Program-made: the position numbers and the translations under genes
Origin: an uncultured Chloroflexia bacterium
Lineage (GTDB): Bacteria > Chloroflexota > Chloroflexia > QHBQ01 > JADMIH01
Assembly (NCBI GenBank): GCA_963797095.1
Contig: CAWCNY010000004.1
Span: 663,632-727,631, forward strand
DNA: 64,000 bases
Direction of reading: 5' to 3'
Notes under the pieces: model-generated
What the model saw: only the letters and a program-made list of their open reading frames with translations
Database searches by the model: none
Told to the model about the DNA's origin: nothing
Part shown: one piece after another, positions 36,740 through 47,348 of the stretch
Numbering within the stretch: the stretch's first letter is position 1
Layout of the letters: every line of letters starts with the position of its first letter

Positions 36740-37833
36740 GCGCTCTTTACTCCGTCCATACTATCTGCGCTCCCATTTCTACTTCGCTTCGTGTGCATGC
36801 GCGCGACCTCAATGGCTGCCTCCGCCTCAAGCAACTCCTGTCTTGCCACCAGGTCCAGGTAGGCGCGCTCCAGAGTATGCTCAACCTCGGCCACCCTGGT
36901 GATGTCAACTCCATGCTGCACCAGTGCCCTTACGATCTGCGGGGTATGCTCGTCGGGGTCAAGCATAGAGACCAGCAAATGAGTGCCAGCCACTCCAACA
37001 TCGCCCACACCCTGCATCTTCGATACAAGCACCGCAAGATCGTTCATTGTATGCCCGAACCGTTCGTCAAGATGGGCGTGCGCGCCCATCTCAAGCATGG
37101 GATTGGCGATCCTTATCTCAATTTGCCTGCCATAGAGCGCCCGCTGCAGTTCGCGCGGCGTGCCGACCTTGATCAGCGTGCGCTTGACTATGCCCACACG
37201 CCCGCATAGACTCCCCGCTTCGTACAGATTGTGTGTGCACAGGATGATAGTGCGCCCTTCGTCCTGTAACGAAACTATCGCATCGCGCACCAGTTTTGCG
37301 CCCTCCGGGTCCAACGCTGATGTAGGCTCATCGAGGATCACCACAGGCGGCTCGTGCAATAGCGACCGCGCCAAACTCAGCTTCTGCTTCATGCCGCGAG
37401 AGAAAGTGCCTGCCGCGTCGTTTCGCCTCTCCCACAGCCCGAACAGTTTGAGGTAGTGCTCGATCTGTTGCCGTGCCCGGTCCGCCTCCAGGTAGTAAAG
37501 TTTGGCGAAGAACTCGAGGTTGCGCTTGGCCGACAGGTTATCGTAGAGGCCCGCCGGCTCGGTCAGGATGCCCACCCTGCGGCGCACCTCATCAGGACGC
37601 GCCACTACATCAAACCCACAAACGGTCGCGTGCCCCTCGGTGGGCGCGATCAGGCTCGATAGCATCCTCATGATGGTGGTCTTGCCCGCGCCATTGGGAC
37701 CAAGCAGACCGAACACCTCACCCGGCTCTATGCCCAGATTGAGGCCCTGCACTGCCCAGCGTTCACCAAACTTGCGGCCAAGCCCATTTGCTGTGATTGC
37801 GTACACAGGTTGGCTCTTCCGAGGGATCGACAA
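36736..37833 (-). CDS. ABC transporter ATP-binding protein
   Basis: GPNGAGKT, FSRGMKQK, LDEPT. Confidence 0.93.
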   Translation of the reverse strand: MSIPRKSQPVYAITANGLGRKFGERWAVQGLNLGIEPGEVFGLLGPNGAGKTTIMRMLSSLIAPTEGHATVCGFDVVARPDEVRRRVGILTEPAGLYDNLSAKRNLEFFAKLYYLEADRARQQIEHYLKLFGLWERRNDAAGTFSRGMKQKLSLARSLLHEPPVVILDEPTSALDPEGAKLVRDAIVSLQDEGRTIILCTHNLYEAGSLCGRVGIVKRTLIKVGTPRELQRALYGRQIEIRIANPMLEMGAHAHLDERFGHTMNDLAVLVSKMQGVGDVGVAGTHLLVSMLDPDEHTPQIVRALVQHGVDITRVAEVEHTLERAYLDLVARQELLEAEAAIEVARMHTKRSRNGSADSMDGVKSA

Positions 37834-38022
37834 CGGACGAAAGACTAAAGGCCTGGTATTTTGAATACATCGCCCTTCGTCCTTCGCCTATCTCTTGCTT
37901 ACTGAAACATCGCTTCCCACATCTTATCAGGTGCGCGGCGTATCAGTCAACGCCTCAAGAGGTATTTCAAGGGTACTTACCGGGCAGTATAAGTACCACT
38001 CTTGGATGGGTAAGCTCTCAGA

Positions 38023-39707
38023 TTAAGGGTGGGAGGGCTGGGAGAGGAGGGCCAAGCACTGGTCAAAGGGGTTGAGACCCTTAGCTCGCCAGGTGCCGAA
38101 CAGGGTAGCCAACGTCATCCGGGTGGCTGATCCCTTGGGCGATTGACTACCACCTGATACCTTGCGCATCACCACCACAGGACGGATTGACCGTTCCGCC
38201 AGGTTGTTGTCAGAGGATAAGGTGGGCACTATCACGAACTGGAATAACTCCTCCTGGTGGCGCAGCAGTCTCTTGCACAAGGTGTGGCATGGGTGCTTGC
38301 TCTTTGGGGGCCGTTACCGTTCTTGCCCCCGCCCCCGCCCCCGCCCCCGCCCCCGCCCCTGCCCTGTGGCCCTTGTTTGCCCCCGCCCTGTGGCCCGAAC
38401 TCCTTGGCATCGGCATACTGCGCACCTAGCTTGGCAACCCCTTCCACCAACCGCCGGTACTCTCTTACACGCTGCTCCCACTTGTGTGGCTCTTTTGTGG
38501 CTTCGTCTGCAGTGGGAGGGCCAAGTTCGTGTTCTTCCAACAGCTTATGGGCATCATCGTACAGTGCTCGCACTCCCCTGGCCCATTCATGCACTTCCTC
38601 GTTAGTGGGGTTAGTGGGGTTGGTAGGGTTGGTAGGGTTGGTAGGGTTGGTAGGGTTGGTAGGGTTGGTAGGGTTGGTAGGGTTGGTAGGGTTGGTAGGG
38701 TTGGTAGGGTTGGTAGGGTTGGTAGGGTTGGTAGGGTTGGTAGGGTTGATGGGGTGCTCCTCTTTCAGCTTATGCAAATCACGGAGCAGATGTGCCCAGC
38801 ACCGCTGGTGCTCTCCTGGGAAGTCGTTGTAGCCACCGTAGAAGTCACTCGACATTACTTGACCCTTTTCCCCAAAGTTAGACCCCATTATTCGTTTGGC
38901 TACCGCTCCCCCTCGGCTCTGGTCGTACTCGTACAATCGCTCTCCATCGGGCGTGAAGAAGCCCCAGATATAGCCGTTTTGTCCCCCTTCTCGCCAGGTG
39001 GTTTCGTCACCATGTACCACATGGCTATGGCTCCTTCGAACCCTCTTCTTTATGGAGGCAGCAGCCTCCTTCAGAGGTTCGGCTTGCACCATTCGATGCA
39101 ACAACTCCACAACCTCACCCGAAGAGATGGTCAACTTGTGTATGGTGTACAGGTACTCTTTTATGAGGAGGAGGGGCATCCTCAACGATGTGCGCAGATG
39201 AGCTATGAGGGAGGCGATACGCACCCCCATTCTGCCTTGCCCAATCACCTGACCTGTAAGGTCGACAGTGGGGTAGTGCCACCTCCCACAACGAGCACAC
39301 CACCCCTTGAATAGCTGGTGCTCAGTGACTTGCACAGGAGGGGGTGGAGGGAGTTCTATCACCTGGCGTCTGGAGGCGAGTTGGTGCTGACGAAGGGTGT
39401 AGCCACAATCGGGACACTGCTGCAGGTGGTGCTCAATTGTTGAGGTGGGCGATTGTTCACGGCGGCGGGCACCATTGTGCTCTTTAGCTCTGGGGCGTCT
39501 GGGAGGCTTTGGGGTGTTGTTCTTCTTGGGAGTGGAGGGCTTGACGAATGATGGGGCACCTGGCGAGCCAGAGCCAGAGGCTAGCTGTGTCTGCATCTGC
39601 TCCAACCTGGCTTCCAACTCGGCGATGCGCTCCAGAGCAAGGCGCAATTGCTCTTTGAGTTGTGCATTCTCTGCCCGCAGATGGGCTAGTTCTTCTTCCA
39701 GGTTCAT
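38023..39707 (-). pseudogene. IS66 transposase TnpC, frameshifted near 38305-38360, with repeat insertions
   Basis: Leucine zipper, CPDCG/CARCG zinc finger, HGDETTW, SDFYGGY, QRCWAHLLRD; the C-terminal DNNLAERSIRP is in another frame. Confidence 0.88.
38601..38753. repeat. 9-bp tandem repeat (GTTGGTAGG)n encoding (PTN)16
   Basis: 14 identical and 2 variant units plus a PIN unit, in frame within tnpC. Confidence 0.95.
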
Positions 39708-39916
39708 ACTTCATAGAATACAGTGGAAATTGCTCCACCTCAAGTCTGACCGCATACCTTGGATGGTACAATATGCATAGGCCGTTTCGCTATGCTATAA
39801 TCAGTTCAATTCGTAGGTTCGCAGCTTTACCTTAATCGCAGTTTCGTCATGCCGGAGAAGGGTTCTTGTTTAGCTCAATAGCAAGGGCAGCCACACCAAT
39901 CTACCATACCCGAGCC

Positions 39917-41878
39917 ATGCGCCGCCTCTTATTCAGGCGCACGCGGCTTATTGTCACTCTTATACTCCTATTCACCGTAGCATTCACTGCCGGGCGCCCC
40001 ACCCTCGCCCAATCTGAAGACGAGGGCGGCCATTACTATTCGGAAACGGGCTATACGCTAGCCCAACAATTCCTCGATTTCTACGACCAGAATGGGGGCG
40101 TCCTCCAGTTCGGCTACCCGATCAGCGAGGCCCGGATGGAAGGCGGCTACCTGGTCCAATGGACCGAGCGCCAGCGCCTGGAATACCACCCCGAAAATGC
40201 GGGCACCCAGTTCGAGGTGCTCCTTGGCTTGCTTGGTCGGGAGCTAACTAAAGGATTAGAAGGGCCGCGCTTCCAGGCCTCCGCTCCTGACAGTTCCGCA
40301 ATCGGCACTCAAGCACTTGAGATGGGCAGCCAACAGACCGATTTCTATACGTTTGATCAAACCGGCTACACGGTGGAGGAGCCATTCCTTCAATATTGGC
40401 GGGATCACGGCGGCCTGGCAATCTTCGGCTACCCCATCTCCAACCTCTACCAGGATGGGAGCCTCAAAGTGCAGTGGTTCGAGCGGGCGCGCATGGAATT
40501 ACACCCGGAGAACCCACCCGACACCCAGGTTCTGCTGGGGCACCTTGGCTACGAGGCTCTCAAGGAGCGCGAGCTTATCCCCTACAACGTGGAGATATAT
40601 GGTAATCCCGCACCCGATACAAATATGCAGATCGGACTGGCCCAGGGCGGCGAATCGGTCGATCCAGGCTTCTTCGACAACATTCGTGACGCAGGCCGGG
40701 ATCTTGGTCCTGGGCTGGTGAGGCTCGATAACATCTTCACCGCTTACGATATTGTGCATCGCGGTGCGGATGGGTTGATCAGCTACAACTGGACCAAGCT
40801 GGATCGCGTGCTCGACGCCATCAAGGCTATGGGCAAAGAGCCTTTAATCTGCCTCTCCTACATGCCCGAAACCCTCTCAGTATCAGGCAGCAGCCGCGTT
40901 GAACCCCCGGCCAACTATGATGAATGGGCCGACCTGGTGCGCTCAACAGTTTATCACGTCAACATCGAGCGCAAGATCGGAGTACGATATTGGGAAGTAT
41001 GGAATGAACCGAATATCTGGAGCTTCTGGCAGGCTCCGTTCACCGACTTTCTCAAGCTGTACGATGTCACCGCAGAAGCTGCGCTGCTGGCCGATCCCAC
41101 CATCAAGATAGGAGGTCCCGCGGTCTCCTACTTCTCGACAGATCATATAGGTGAGTTCCTTGAGCATGAACGCTGGAACGTGGCAATGGGTCTCCCGGCT
41201 CATGTGGACTTCATATCGTGGCATTCATACGGTCGCTCTCCTGAACTGGTAGCTGCCAATATTCGAGAGCTTCGCAAGATTCTCGAAGATTACCCGATGT
41301 TCAGCCCCCAGATTTTCATCACGGAATTCAATGTGCTGCAAGGCGGGCCGGGCGATACCAGCGCGGGCAAAGAGACCGATACAGTGGATGGAGCGATAGC
41401 CTTCCTATCGTCTATCGAGAGTATGCAGCGCGAGCGCCTTGACCGCGCCTTCCTCTTTGAATTGAAGGACGGTCAGGGCCCTACCTCCTATTGGGGCCGT
41501 TGGGGCATCCTCACCTACGACGGCAAGCCTAAACCGATCTACCACGCCCTCGAAGCCTATCAGAACAGGCCCAGTGGGATGCTCCCTGTAATCCGCAAGA
41601 GCGGCCCAACAGGCACTGATCTTGGTATAATGGCTTATGGGTCGCCATCACGCGCCACTATCTTTGTCTGGTACACAGGCGCGGAAGATGCGCGGGTGAA
41701 AGTCGGGATGCCACTGCAATTCAGCGGTACCGACTTCGATGTGACTCTCTTTGATGCGACCCACAACAACCCAGCACGCACCGGAGACCCTGCGGTGCAG
41801 ACGCTTGAGGAGCTAAACGCGGGCGATCTGGTGCTCGACCTCAAGCCTGACTCGCTCGTGATCCTGACATCGCGTTAG
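39917..41878 (+). CDS. Secreted GH39-like glycoside hydrolase with N-terminal Chloroflexi-type repeats
   Basis: YWEVWNEPN, DFISWHSY, ITEFN; ETG/GYPIS/ERARME repeats. Confidence 0.85.
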   Translation: MRRLLFRRTRLIVTLILLFTVAFTAGRPTLAQSEDEGGHYYSETGYTLAQQFLDFYDQNGGVLQFGYPISEARMEGGYLVQWTERQRLEYHPENAGTQFEVLLGLLGRELTKGLEGPRFQASAPDSSAIGTQALEMGSQQTDFYTFDQTGYTVEEPFLQYWRDHGGLAIFGYPISNLYQDGSLKVQWFERARMELHPENPPDTQVLLGHLGYEALKERELIPYNVEIYGNPAPDTNMQIGLAQGGESVDPGFFDNIRDAGRDLGPGLVRLDNIFTAYDIVHRGADGLISYNWTKLDRVLDAIKAMGKEPLICLSYMPETLSVSGSSRVEPPANYDEWADLVRSTVYHVNIERKIGVRYWEVWNEPNIWSFWQAPFTDFLKLYDVTAEAALLADPTIKIGGPAVSYFSTDHIGEFLEHERWNVAMGLPAHVDFISWHSYGRSPELVAANIRELRKILEDYPMFSPQIFITEFNVLQGGPGDTSAGKETDTVDGAIAFLSSIESMQRERLDRAFLFELKDGQGPTSYWGRWGILTYDGKPKPIYHALEAYQNRPSGMLPVIRKSGPTGTDLGIMAYGSPSRATIFVWYTGAEDARVKVGMPLQFSGTDFDVTLFDATHNNPARTGDPAVQTLEELNAGDLVLDLKPDSLVILTSR

Positions 41879-41909
41879 CGTGTGACCGCTAAGGAAAGAG
41901 CATGCGCAC

Positions 41910-42704
41910 ATGAAGAGTCTTTTCAGCCGAACCAATCTGACATGGTTCTTCCTGGCTGCCATCATATGCGGGGCCATATTCATAATCTGGGTGCTCGCAT
42001 CAGGTGACGCCCCTCCCGCTAATGCCGTGCTCATCGATGGTGCAGGCACCGGACGCGTGGGCAACAGCGCGCTGGGGCTACCTGCCTCCTCTCTCGGTGA
42101 CCAGAGTCCGACAGCTACGCCTTACACAATCAAGCTGGAAAACGGCAAAGACACCGACCCTTCGCGGGCCCAAAATTCAATCCTGAATGCACGAACTCCC
42201 ACGCCTGGAACCGTAACCGTCTACGTCAGCGGCGCGGTTGCTCAGCCCGGGGTCTATACCCTCCCCGAGGGAGCGAGGGTGCAGGATGCTATTGCTGCTG
42301 CAGGTGGGGCTATGATCGAGGCCGACCTCGATACTATCAACCTGGCCCAAAAGCTGGTTGACGAAGCCCACATCACAATCGGACGCCGAGACGAAGGCAC
42401 ATCCTCCAGTGTGCAGCAGCCTGCCACCAGTGAAGGCACTCTGGGAAGCGCTCCTGCCGCTGGGCAGTCGATCTCTCAGCCCGCAGCGGCCAAGCCCACC
42501 CCAGACGCTCTCATAAACATCAACACAGCCAACGCCGCCGAACTTGAGACCCTCCCAGGTGTAGGCCCATCTTTAGCAGCCCGCATCATCACCGACCGCG
42601 AGCAAAACGGCCCGTACAGTTCAGTGGAAGACCTGATGCGCGTCAGCGGTATCAAAGACGGCATCCTCTCCAAAATCCGAGCCTATATCACGGTCGGACC
42701 ATAG
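41910..42704 (+). CDS. comEA: Competence DNA-binding protein ComEA
   Basis: TM segment, SLBB domain (VYVSGAV..PGVY.L) and HhH (ININTA..LETLPGVGP). Confidence 0.92.
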   Translation: MKSLFSRTNLTWFFLAAIICGAIFIIWVLASGDAPPANAVLIDGAGTGRVGNSALGLPASSLGDQSPTATPYTIKLENGKDTDPSRAQNSILNARTPTPGTVTVYVSGAVAQPGVYTLPEGARVQDAIAAAGGAMIEADLDTINLAQKLVDEAHITIGRRDEGTSSSVQQPATSEGTLGSAPAAGQSISQPAAAKPTPDALININTANAAELETLPGVGPSLAARIITDREQNGPYSSVEDLMRVSGIKDGILSKIRAYITVGP

Positions 42705-42962
42705 ACGAAAAACGGTTGTCAATTACCGGAACCCGCAACTACCACTCGTCACTCGCCACTCGTCCAGCTATGCAACATCACCAACATGACCCACGTAGAT
42801 AATATAGGCAGGGTGTCCTGCGCCACACAGGTATGATACAATGTGGGGGCAGAAGTTCACTGCTCTAAGGTAAGACCGTTACGCATAACGCCCCACGTAT
42901 CACGTTCATGTCTTACGCACGAGGCCCGAAGCGTTACGTATGAACAACAGGAGGATACACAC

Positions 42963-43625
42963 GTGTCTATCTTGACCCGGATTTCAACCCTGATCTCCGC
43001 TAACATCAACGCGATGATTGATGCTGCGGAAGACCCGGAAAAAATGGTAAACGAGTATCTGCGCCAGATGCGAGCAGAGCTATCCGAGGCGCGCGCCGCC
43101 ACCGCCATGGCGATGGCCGACGAGACCCGCCTTCGCTCCCAGTACGAGCGCAACAAGGCCGAATCCGATGAATGGCAGAAGAAGGCAGAGCTTGCTGTGC
43201 AGCGCGATGACGACGAACTGGCGCGCGAGGCTCTTAGCAGGCGCACTACTGCCCAGCAGTTGGCCGACAGCTATTACACTCAATGGGACAGCCAGCACGA
43301 CCAGGTGGCCGAGTTGCGCGATGCCCTCGCCAAGCTGGAGGCCAAGATATCTGAGGCCGAAGGCAAGCGCGAGATGATCATCGCCAAGCAGCGCCGTGCC
43401 GCCACCCAAGAGGCGATCAACACTGCCCTTCAGAGCGTGCAAGGTGTCAACACCGATCAATCGCTTGACCGCATGGAAGACAAGGTCGATGAGCGTCTTG
43501 CCCGCGCCCAGGCCCAATCCGAGCTTGCGGGCCAGGACATGGACAGCCGCTTCGCCGACCTTGAGCGGCAGGCTCAGGTTGATAGCGATCTGGCAGAGCT
43601 AAAGAAAAAATACGGGAAAGAATGA
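42963..43625 (+). CDS. pspA: PspA/IM30 family protein
   Basis: SILTRIS...AEDPEKM, LAREAL, coiled coil; GTG start after AGGAGG. Confidence 0.92.
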   Translation: MSILTRISTLISANINAMIDAAEDPEKMVNEYLRQMRAELSEARAATAMAMADETRLRSQYERNKAESDEWQKKAELAVQRDDDELAREALSRRTTAQQLADSYYTQWDSQHDQVAELRDALAKLEAKISEAEGKREMIIAKQRRAATQEAINTALQSVQGVNTDQSLDRMEDKVDERLARAQAQSELAGQDMDSRFADLERQAQVDSDLAELKKKYGKE

Positions 43626-43712
43626 CCAGTACCGGGTAACGAGTACCGAGTATCGAGTGACGAATTTGCCGCAACGTACTCGGCACTTGTTACCCGGTAC
43701 CCGGCATAAATT

Positions 43713-44882
43713 ATGCGCCGTAGAAACCTTGTCATTTTCGTCCTCTTCCTCCTGATAGCAGGTGGGGTGGTTGCCAGCCAATACTTGTTCCAGTGGTCGC
43801 CGGGGTCCCTGGTAAACCCCAAACCTCCGCTTAATATCTCCATCCTCTACTCAGCCGAGCTTCGATCCTGGTTGCAACCAGCTACAGACGCTTTCAACGC
43901 GCAAAACAAGAAGGTGGGCGACCAGCCCGTTCAGGTAACTATCGAATCGCTCGACGATGGCGCGGCGATGCGTGAGATCGTATCAGGCAAGCGCACCCCC
44001 ACCGCCTGGATACCGGCCTCCACCATCTGGGTCAACCTTCTCAACCAGCAGTGGCGCGCCAACCATCCCACCGACCTCCTCCTGCGCTCAGGCGAATATG
44101 GCACAACACCAATGGCCCTCACCCCCATGGTGTTCGTGATGTTCGCCGACAAAGCAGACGTGTTCAGCAAGAACCGGGCGGTCGACTGGAATGAGATCGA
44201 GCAGGCCGTCACCGACCCGCAGGGCTGGCTGGCCCTCGGCGGCTCCGAAGAGTGGGGCCGCGTCAAGTACAGCCAGACCGACCCCTCAGATTCAAATGCG
44301 GGTCTGCTCGCTGTAACCCTCGCCACCTACACTTATTTCAACAAGACGGGTGGTCTCACACAGGACGACCTGAACAACGCGGACTACCAGCAGTGGATCG
44401 AGGGCCTCGCAAGCGGTCTCGTAGATGATACCCCGCCTACAGCCCAGCAGCAAATGGAAGATGTGCTGCGCTACGGACCTTCCAAGTATGATGTAGTAAG
44501 CATCTACGAAAGCCTGGTGGCCCAGCAGATCAAGAACGCCCCCGGACGCTTCGGCACAGATCTGAAGGTATTCTATCCGCGCCTGAACATCTGGAGCGAT
44601 TACCCCTATAGCATCCTGGTGGGCGACAACAGCACCGCCGAAGAAAAGGACGCGGCTCTTCTCTTCCGCAGCTATCTTTACAGCGTGCCCGTGCAGGAGC
44701 AGGCGTTGCGCGTCGGATTTCGCCCTTCAAACCCCGATGTGCCTCTCCTGACAAACGATGCGGACAACCCATTTAACCGCTACAAGGACGCCGGTCTCGA
44801 AATCAACATCCCTCGCACGACTATTGCTGACACCCCCACCGGCGATGTATTAAATAGACTAATGACAGTATTTGGCAGATGA
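43713..44882 (+). CDS. Extracellular solute-binding protein (type usually fused to vWA domains)
   Basis: PTAWIPAS, TDPSDSNAG, IYESLV, WSDYPY and GFRP motifs. Confidence 0.75.
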   Translation: MRRRNLVIFVLFLLIAGGVVASQYLFQWSPGSLVNPKPPLNISILYSAELRSWLQPATDAFNAQNKKVGDQPVQVTIESLDDGAAMREIVSGKRTPTAWIPASTIWVNLLNQQWRANHPTDLLLRSGEYGTTPMALTPMVFVMFADKADVFSKNRAVDWNEIEQAVTDPQGWLALGGSEEWGRVKYSQTDPSDSNAGLLAVTLATYTYFNKTGGLTQDDLNNADYQQWIEGLASGLVDDTPPTAQQQMEDVLRYGPSKYDVVSIYESLVAQQIKNAPGRFGTDLKVFYPRLNIWSDYPYSILVGDNSTAEEKDAALLFRSYLYSVPVQEQALRVGFRPSNPDVPLLTNDADNPFNRYKDAGLEINIPRTTIADTPTGDVLNRLMTVFGR

Positions 44883-45280
44883 TTATGAACGAACAGAACG
44901 GACCACTCCCGCCTAACCGACTTGCTCTCTATGCTACCCTCCAGGCCGCAACACTCATCGGGTCCTGGATAGTGTTCGTCGTACTTTGGACGTATGCCCT
45001 CTTCAACTATGACCTGGGCGATTTTGAATGGTGGCTACTTGTGGTGGTGGCGTGCATGGGTGTATATGGGCTAAGGCCTAACCTTGAGCGTGCCATCAAC
45101 TCCGCCTGGTTGGGCGATGTCAAGAACTCGCAAGCCATCGCCGACCGCATCGCCCAGTTGCGCCCGATCAAGCGCCGCATCGATATCGTCTTCTCCATAG
45201 GCGTGATTTCGATATTTATCCTGGGTGTGATCGTCTGGAGCATCCTTATTGCCTTCAACGTTATCGGGCTTGACGCCTGA
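44879..45280 (+). CDS. Hypothetical 3-TM membrane protein
   Basis: ATGA overlap with the upstream gene; three hydrophobic segments. Confidence 0.65.
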   Translation: MIMNEQNGPLPPNRLALYATLQAATLIGSWIVFVVLWTYALFNYDLGDFEWWLLVVVACMGVYGLRPNLERAINSAWLGDVKNSQAIADRIAQLRPIKRRIDIVFSIGVISIFILGVIVWSILIAFNVIGLDA

Positions 45281-45336
45281 CAGACGACGAACAAACCACA
45301 ACAACAAACCAGTTAGCAAAAGGCAGCAGGCCAGAA

Positions 45337-46152
45337 GTGAAACAAACAAGCAGCATCCAGCCCCCAAGCCAGGGAGATAAATTCAGGATACTCCTGTTGA
45401 ACGCCATGACGCGCCCCCTTTCGGCTGCTGTCGTGGCGATCACCGTGATCGTAGGCTTGCTGGTAAATCCCTGGTTTTTCCTGGTGGGCGGCGCGTTCTA
45501 CGCCTTCCTGATATGGAGCACTTTGCAAGATGCTCGGGAATCGAAACAGGTGCTGAACGAGGTACTCTACCCTGAGCGCGCACGCAAGTTCGATCTCAAC
45601 AAGCTCCAGGGCAGCTATCGCGAAGCTCTGCAGCGCGCCCTCGACACTCGCAAGAAGATCGAGACCGCCGTAGCTGAAACCGACGACCCTGGTATCCGCA
45701 AGGCTCTTACCGACTCCACAGACAATCTCGGTGAACTCACCGGCACCATCTATGACCTGGCCCTCAAAGCCCAGAGCGTGCAAAGTGGGCTCCAGGGCTA
45801 CAGCATAGATATCGAAGGAGTGCAGTCGGACATCCTGCGGCTGGAAAACCTGATAAAGAACACCACCGACACCTTCGCGCGCAGCCAGTACCAGGCCACC
45901 CTCGACGGCAAGCGCCAGCAACTTCAAAACTACAGTGATACGACCGAGGCACTCAACCGCTGGCACGCCCAGCTTGATAACGCCCTCTCCACGCTCGATA
46001 CCATCCTCTCGCAGGTGCTGCGCATCCGCTCGTCCGAGGTGCTCAGTCTCTCCTCTGCCACCGACGAAGTGTCCACCAGCCTGCGCGATCAAGTAGACCA
46101 ATTGAAAGCAACTTCGGACGCCCTTGATAAGGTCTATGGGTTTAGCCAATGA
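45337..46152 (+). CDS. 2-TM coiled-coil protein (XpaC-like architecture)
   Basis: N-terminal TM hairpin followed by a long helical domain; family call is tentative. Confidence 0.65.
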   Translation: MKQTSSIQPPSQGDKFRILLLNAMTRPLSAAVVAITVIVGLLVNPWFFLVGGAFYAFLIWSTLQDARESKQVLNEVLYPERARKFDLNKLQGSYREALQRALDTRKKIETAVAETDDPGIRKALTDSTDNLGELTGTIYDLALKAQSVQSGLQGYSIDIEGVQSDILRLENLIKNTTDTFARSQYQATLDGKRQQLQNYSDTTEALNRWHAQLDNALSTLDTILSQVLRIRSSEVLSLSSATDEVSTSLRDQVDQLKATSDALDKVYGFSQ

Positions 46153-47288
46153 GAAAATACTCGCGTGCTCTTGCCCTCTTGCTCCTTTTACTTACCGCTT
46201 GCGATACAGGCCCGCAACCTACGCCGACCTTCACAGGCGTGATCAAAGTGGGAGTGGCCGCACCCTATACGGGCGATACTGCCGACGGCGGCATCCAGAT
46301 ATGGCAGGGCGCGGAGCTTGCCGCTGACGAAGTCAACGCGCAGGGTGGCATCATGGGCAAAAAGATCGAGATCGTGCCAGCCGATGATTCTGCCGACCCA
46401 AACAAGGCGCAGTCCGTAGCCAATAACCTCATATCTCAGGGCATAGTTGCCGTGGTGGGCCACAAGGACAGCGGTGTGTCGATCCCCGCGTCCGCTGTAT
46501 ACCACGCGGCAGGAATAGTGCAGGTCACTCCGACCTCAAGCAACCCGCAACTGACCGACCAGGGCTTCGACACCGTTTTTCGGGTCTGCCCTGTGGATCA
46601 GACGCAGGGCCCGGTGCTGGCCGAATTCATGATTCAGACCCAGGGGCTGAAACAGATCGCCGTCATATACGCCAATACCGCCTACGGCATTGGTCTGCAC
46701 GACGAGTTCGAGCAGCGGGCCAAAGAGCTTGGCGTTACCCCCGTCGCCTCGGAGGAGATCAATCGTGGAGACAAAGATTTCACAACCACCCTTCAGAAGA
46801 TACAGCCCCTGGCTCCCCAGGCGATATTCTACGCGGGCAGCCTGCCGGAGGCAATCATAATCGTCCAGCAAATGAAAGAGCTTGGCATCAAAGCTGTGTT
46901 CGTCGGCGGCGACACCCTTTTCCAACCCGAGTTCATAGTGCAAACAGGCTCGGCATCTGAAGGTGACTACGTCTCGTCTTTCTTCCCCGACATGCTCCAG
47001 GCAAGCAATCAGGCCGACAAGAATTGGGTCAGCGAATACCGCGACACGTTCAAGCGCAACCCCGGCGGCAATTCGTCGGGCGGTTATGTGGCGGCAATGG
47101 CGATCTTTCAGGCGATAAAGAACGCCAACTCAACCGACCCAGCTAAGATAAAGACGGCCATGGAATCGCTGAACATGGACAGCTTCATAGGCCGCATAGC
47201 CTTCGACCAGAAAGGCGACCTACAGGACCAGCGCGCTCACCTGCATCTATTCAAAGTGCAAGACGGCACTTTCGTACCCGTCCCGTGA
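46149..47288 (+). CDS. Branched-chain amino acid ABC substrate-binding lipoprotein (LivJ/K-like)
   Basis: Lipobox LTAC; GAELAADEVNAQGG, FRV, AYG.GL, FDQKGD. Confidence 0.9.
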   Translation: MRKYSRALALLLLLLTACDTGPQPTPTFTGVIKVGVAAPYTGDTADGGIQIWQGAELAADEVNAQGGIMGKKIEIVPADDSADPNKAQSVANNLISQGIVAVVGHKDSGVSIPASAVYHAAGIVQVTPTSSNPQLTDQGFDTVFRVCPVDQTQGPVLAEFMIQTQGLKQIAVIYANTAYGIGLHDEFEQRAKELGVTPVASEEINRGDKDFTTTLQKIQPLAPQAIFYAGSLPEAIIIVQQMKELGIKAVFVGGDTLFQPEFIVQTGSASEGDYVSSFFPDMLQASNQADKNWVSEYRDTFKRNPGGNSSGGYVAAMAIFQAIKNANSTDPAKIKTAMESLNMDSFIGRIAFDQKGDLQDQRAHLHLFKVQDGTFVPVP

Positions 47289-47348
47289 TATGTGAGAACG
47301 AAGGACAAATGCCGAAAGAGGTAATCACTCGCCACTCGTCACTCATTA

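Larger units (their letters stand above)
38010..39757 (-). mobile_element. Single-ORF IS66-family element (ISBst12-like), 1748 bp
   Basis: Imperfect ends GTAAGCTCTCAGA / GTATGCGGTCAGA; flanking direct repeat CTTGGATGG at 38001-38009 and 39758-39766. Confidence 0.85.

Noticed and set aside
38601-38753. Telomere-like or CRISPR-like repeat
   Set aside because: It is an in-frame 9-bp coding VNTR inside a transposase.
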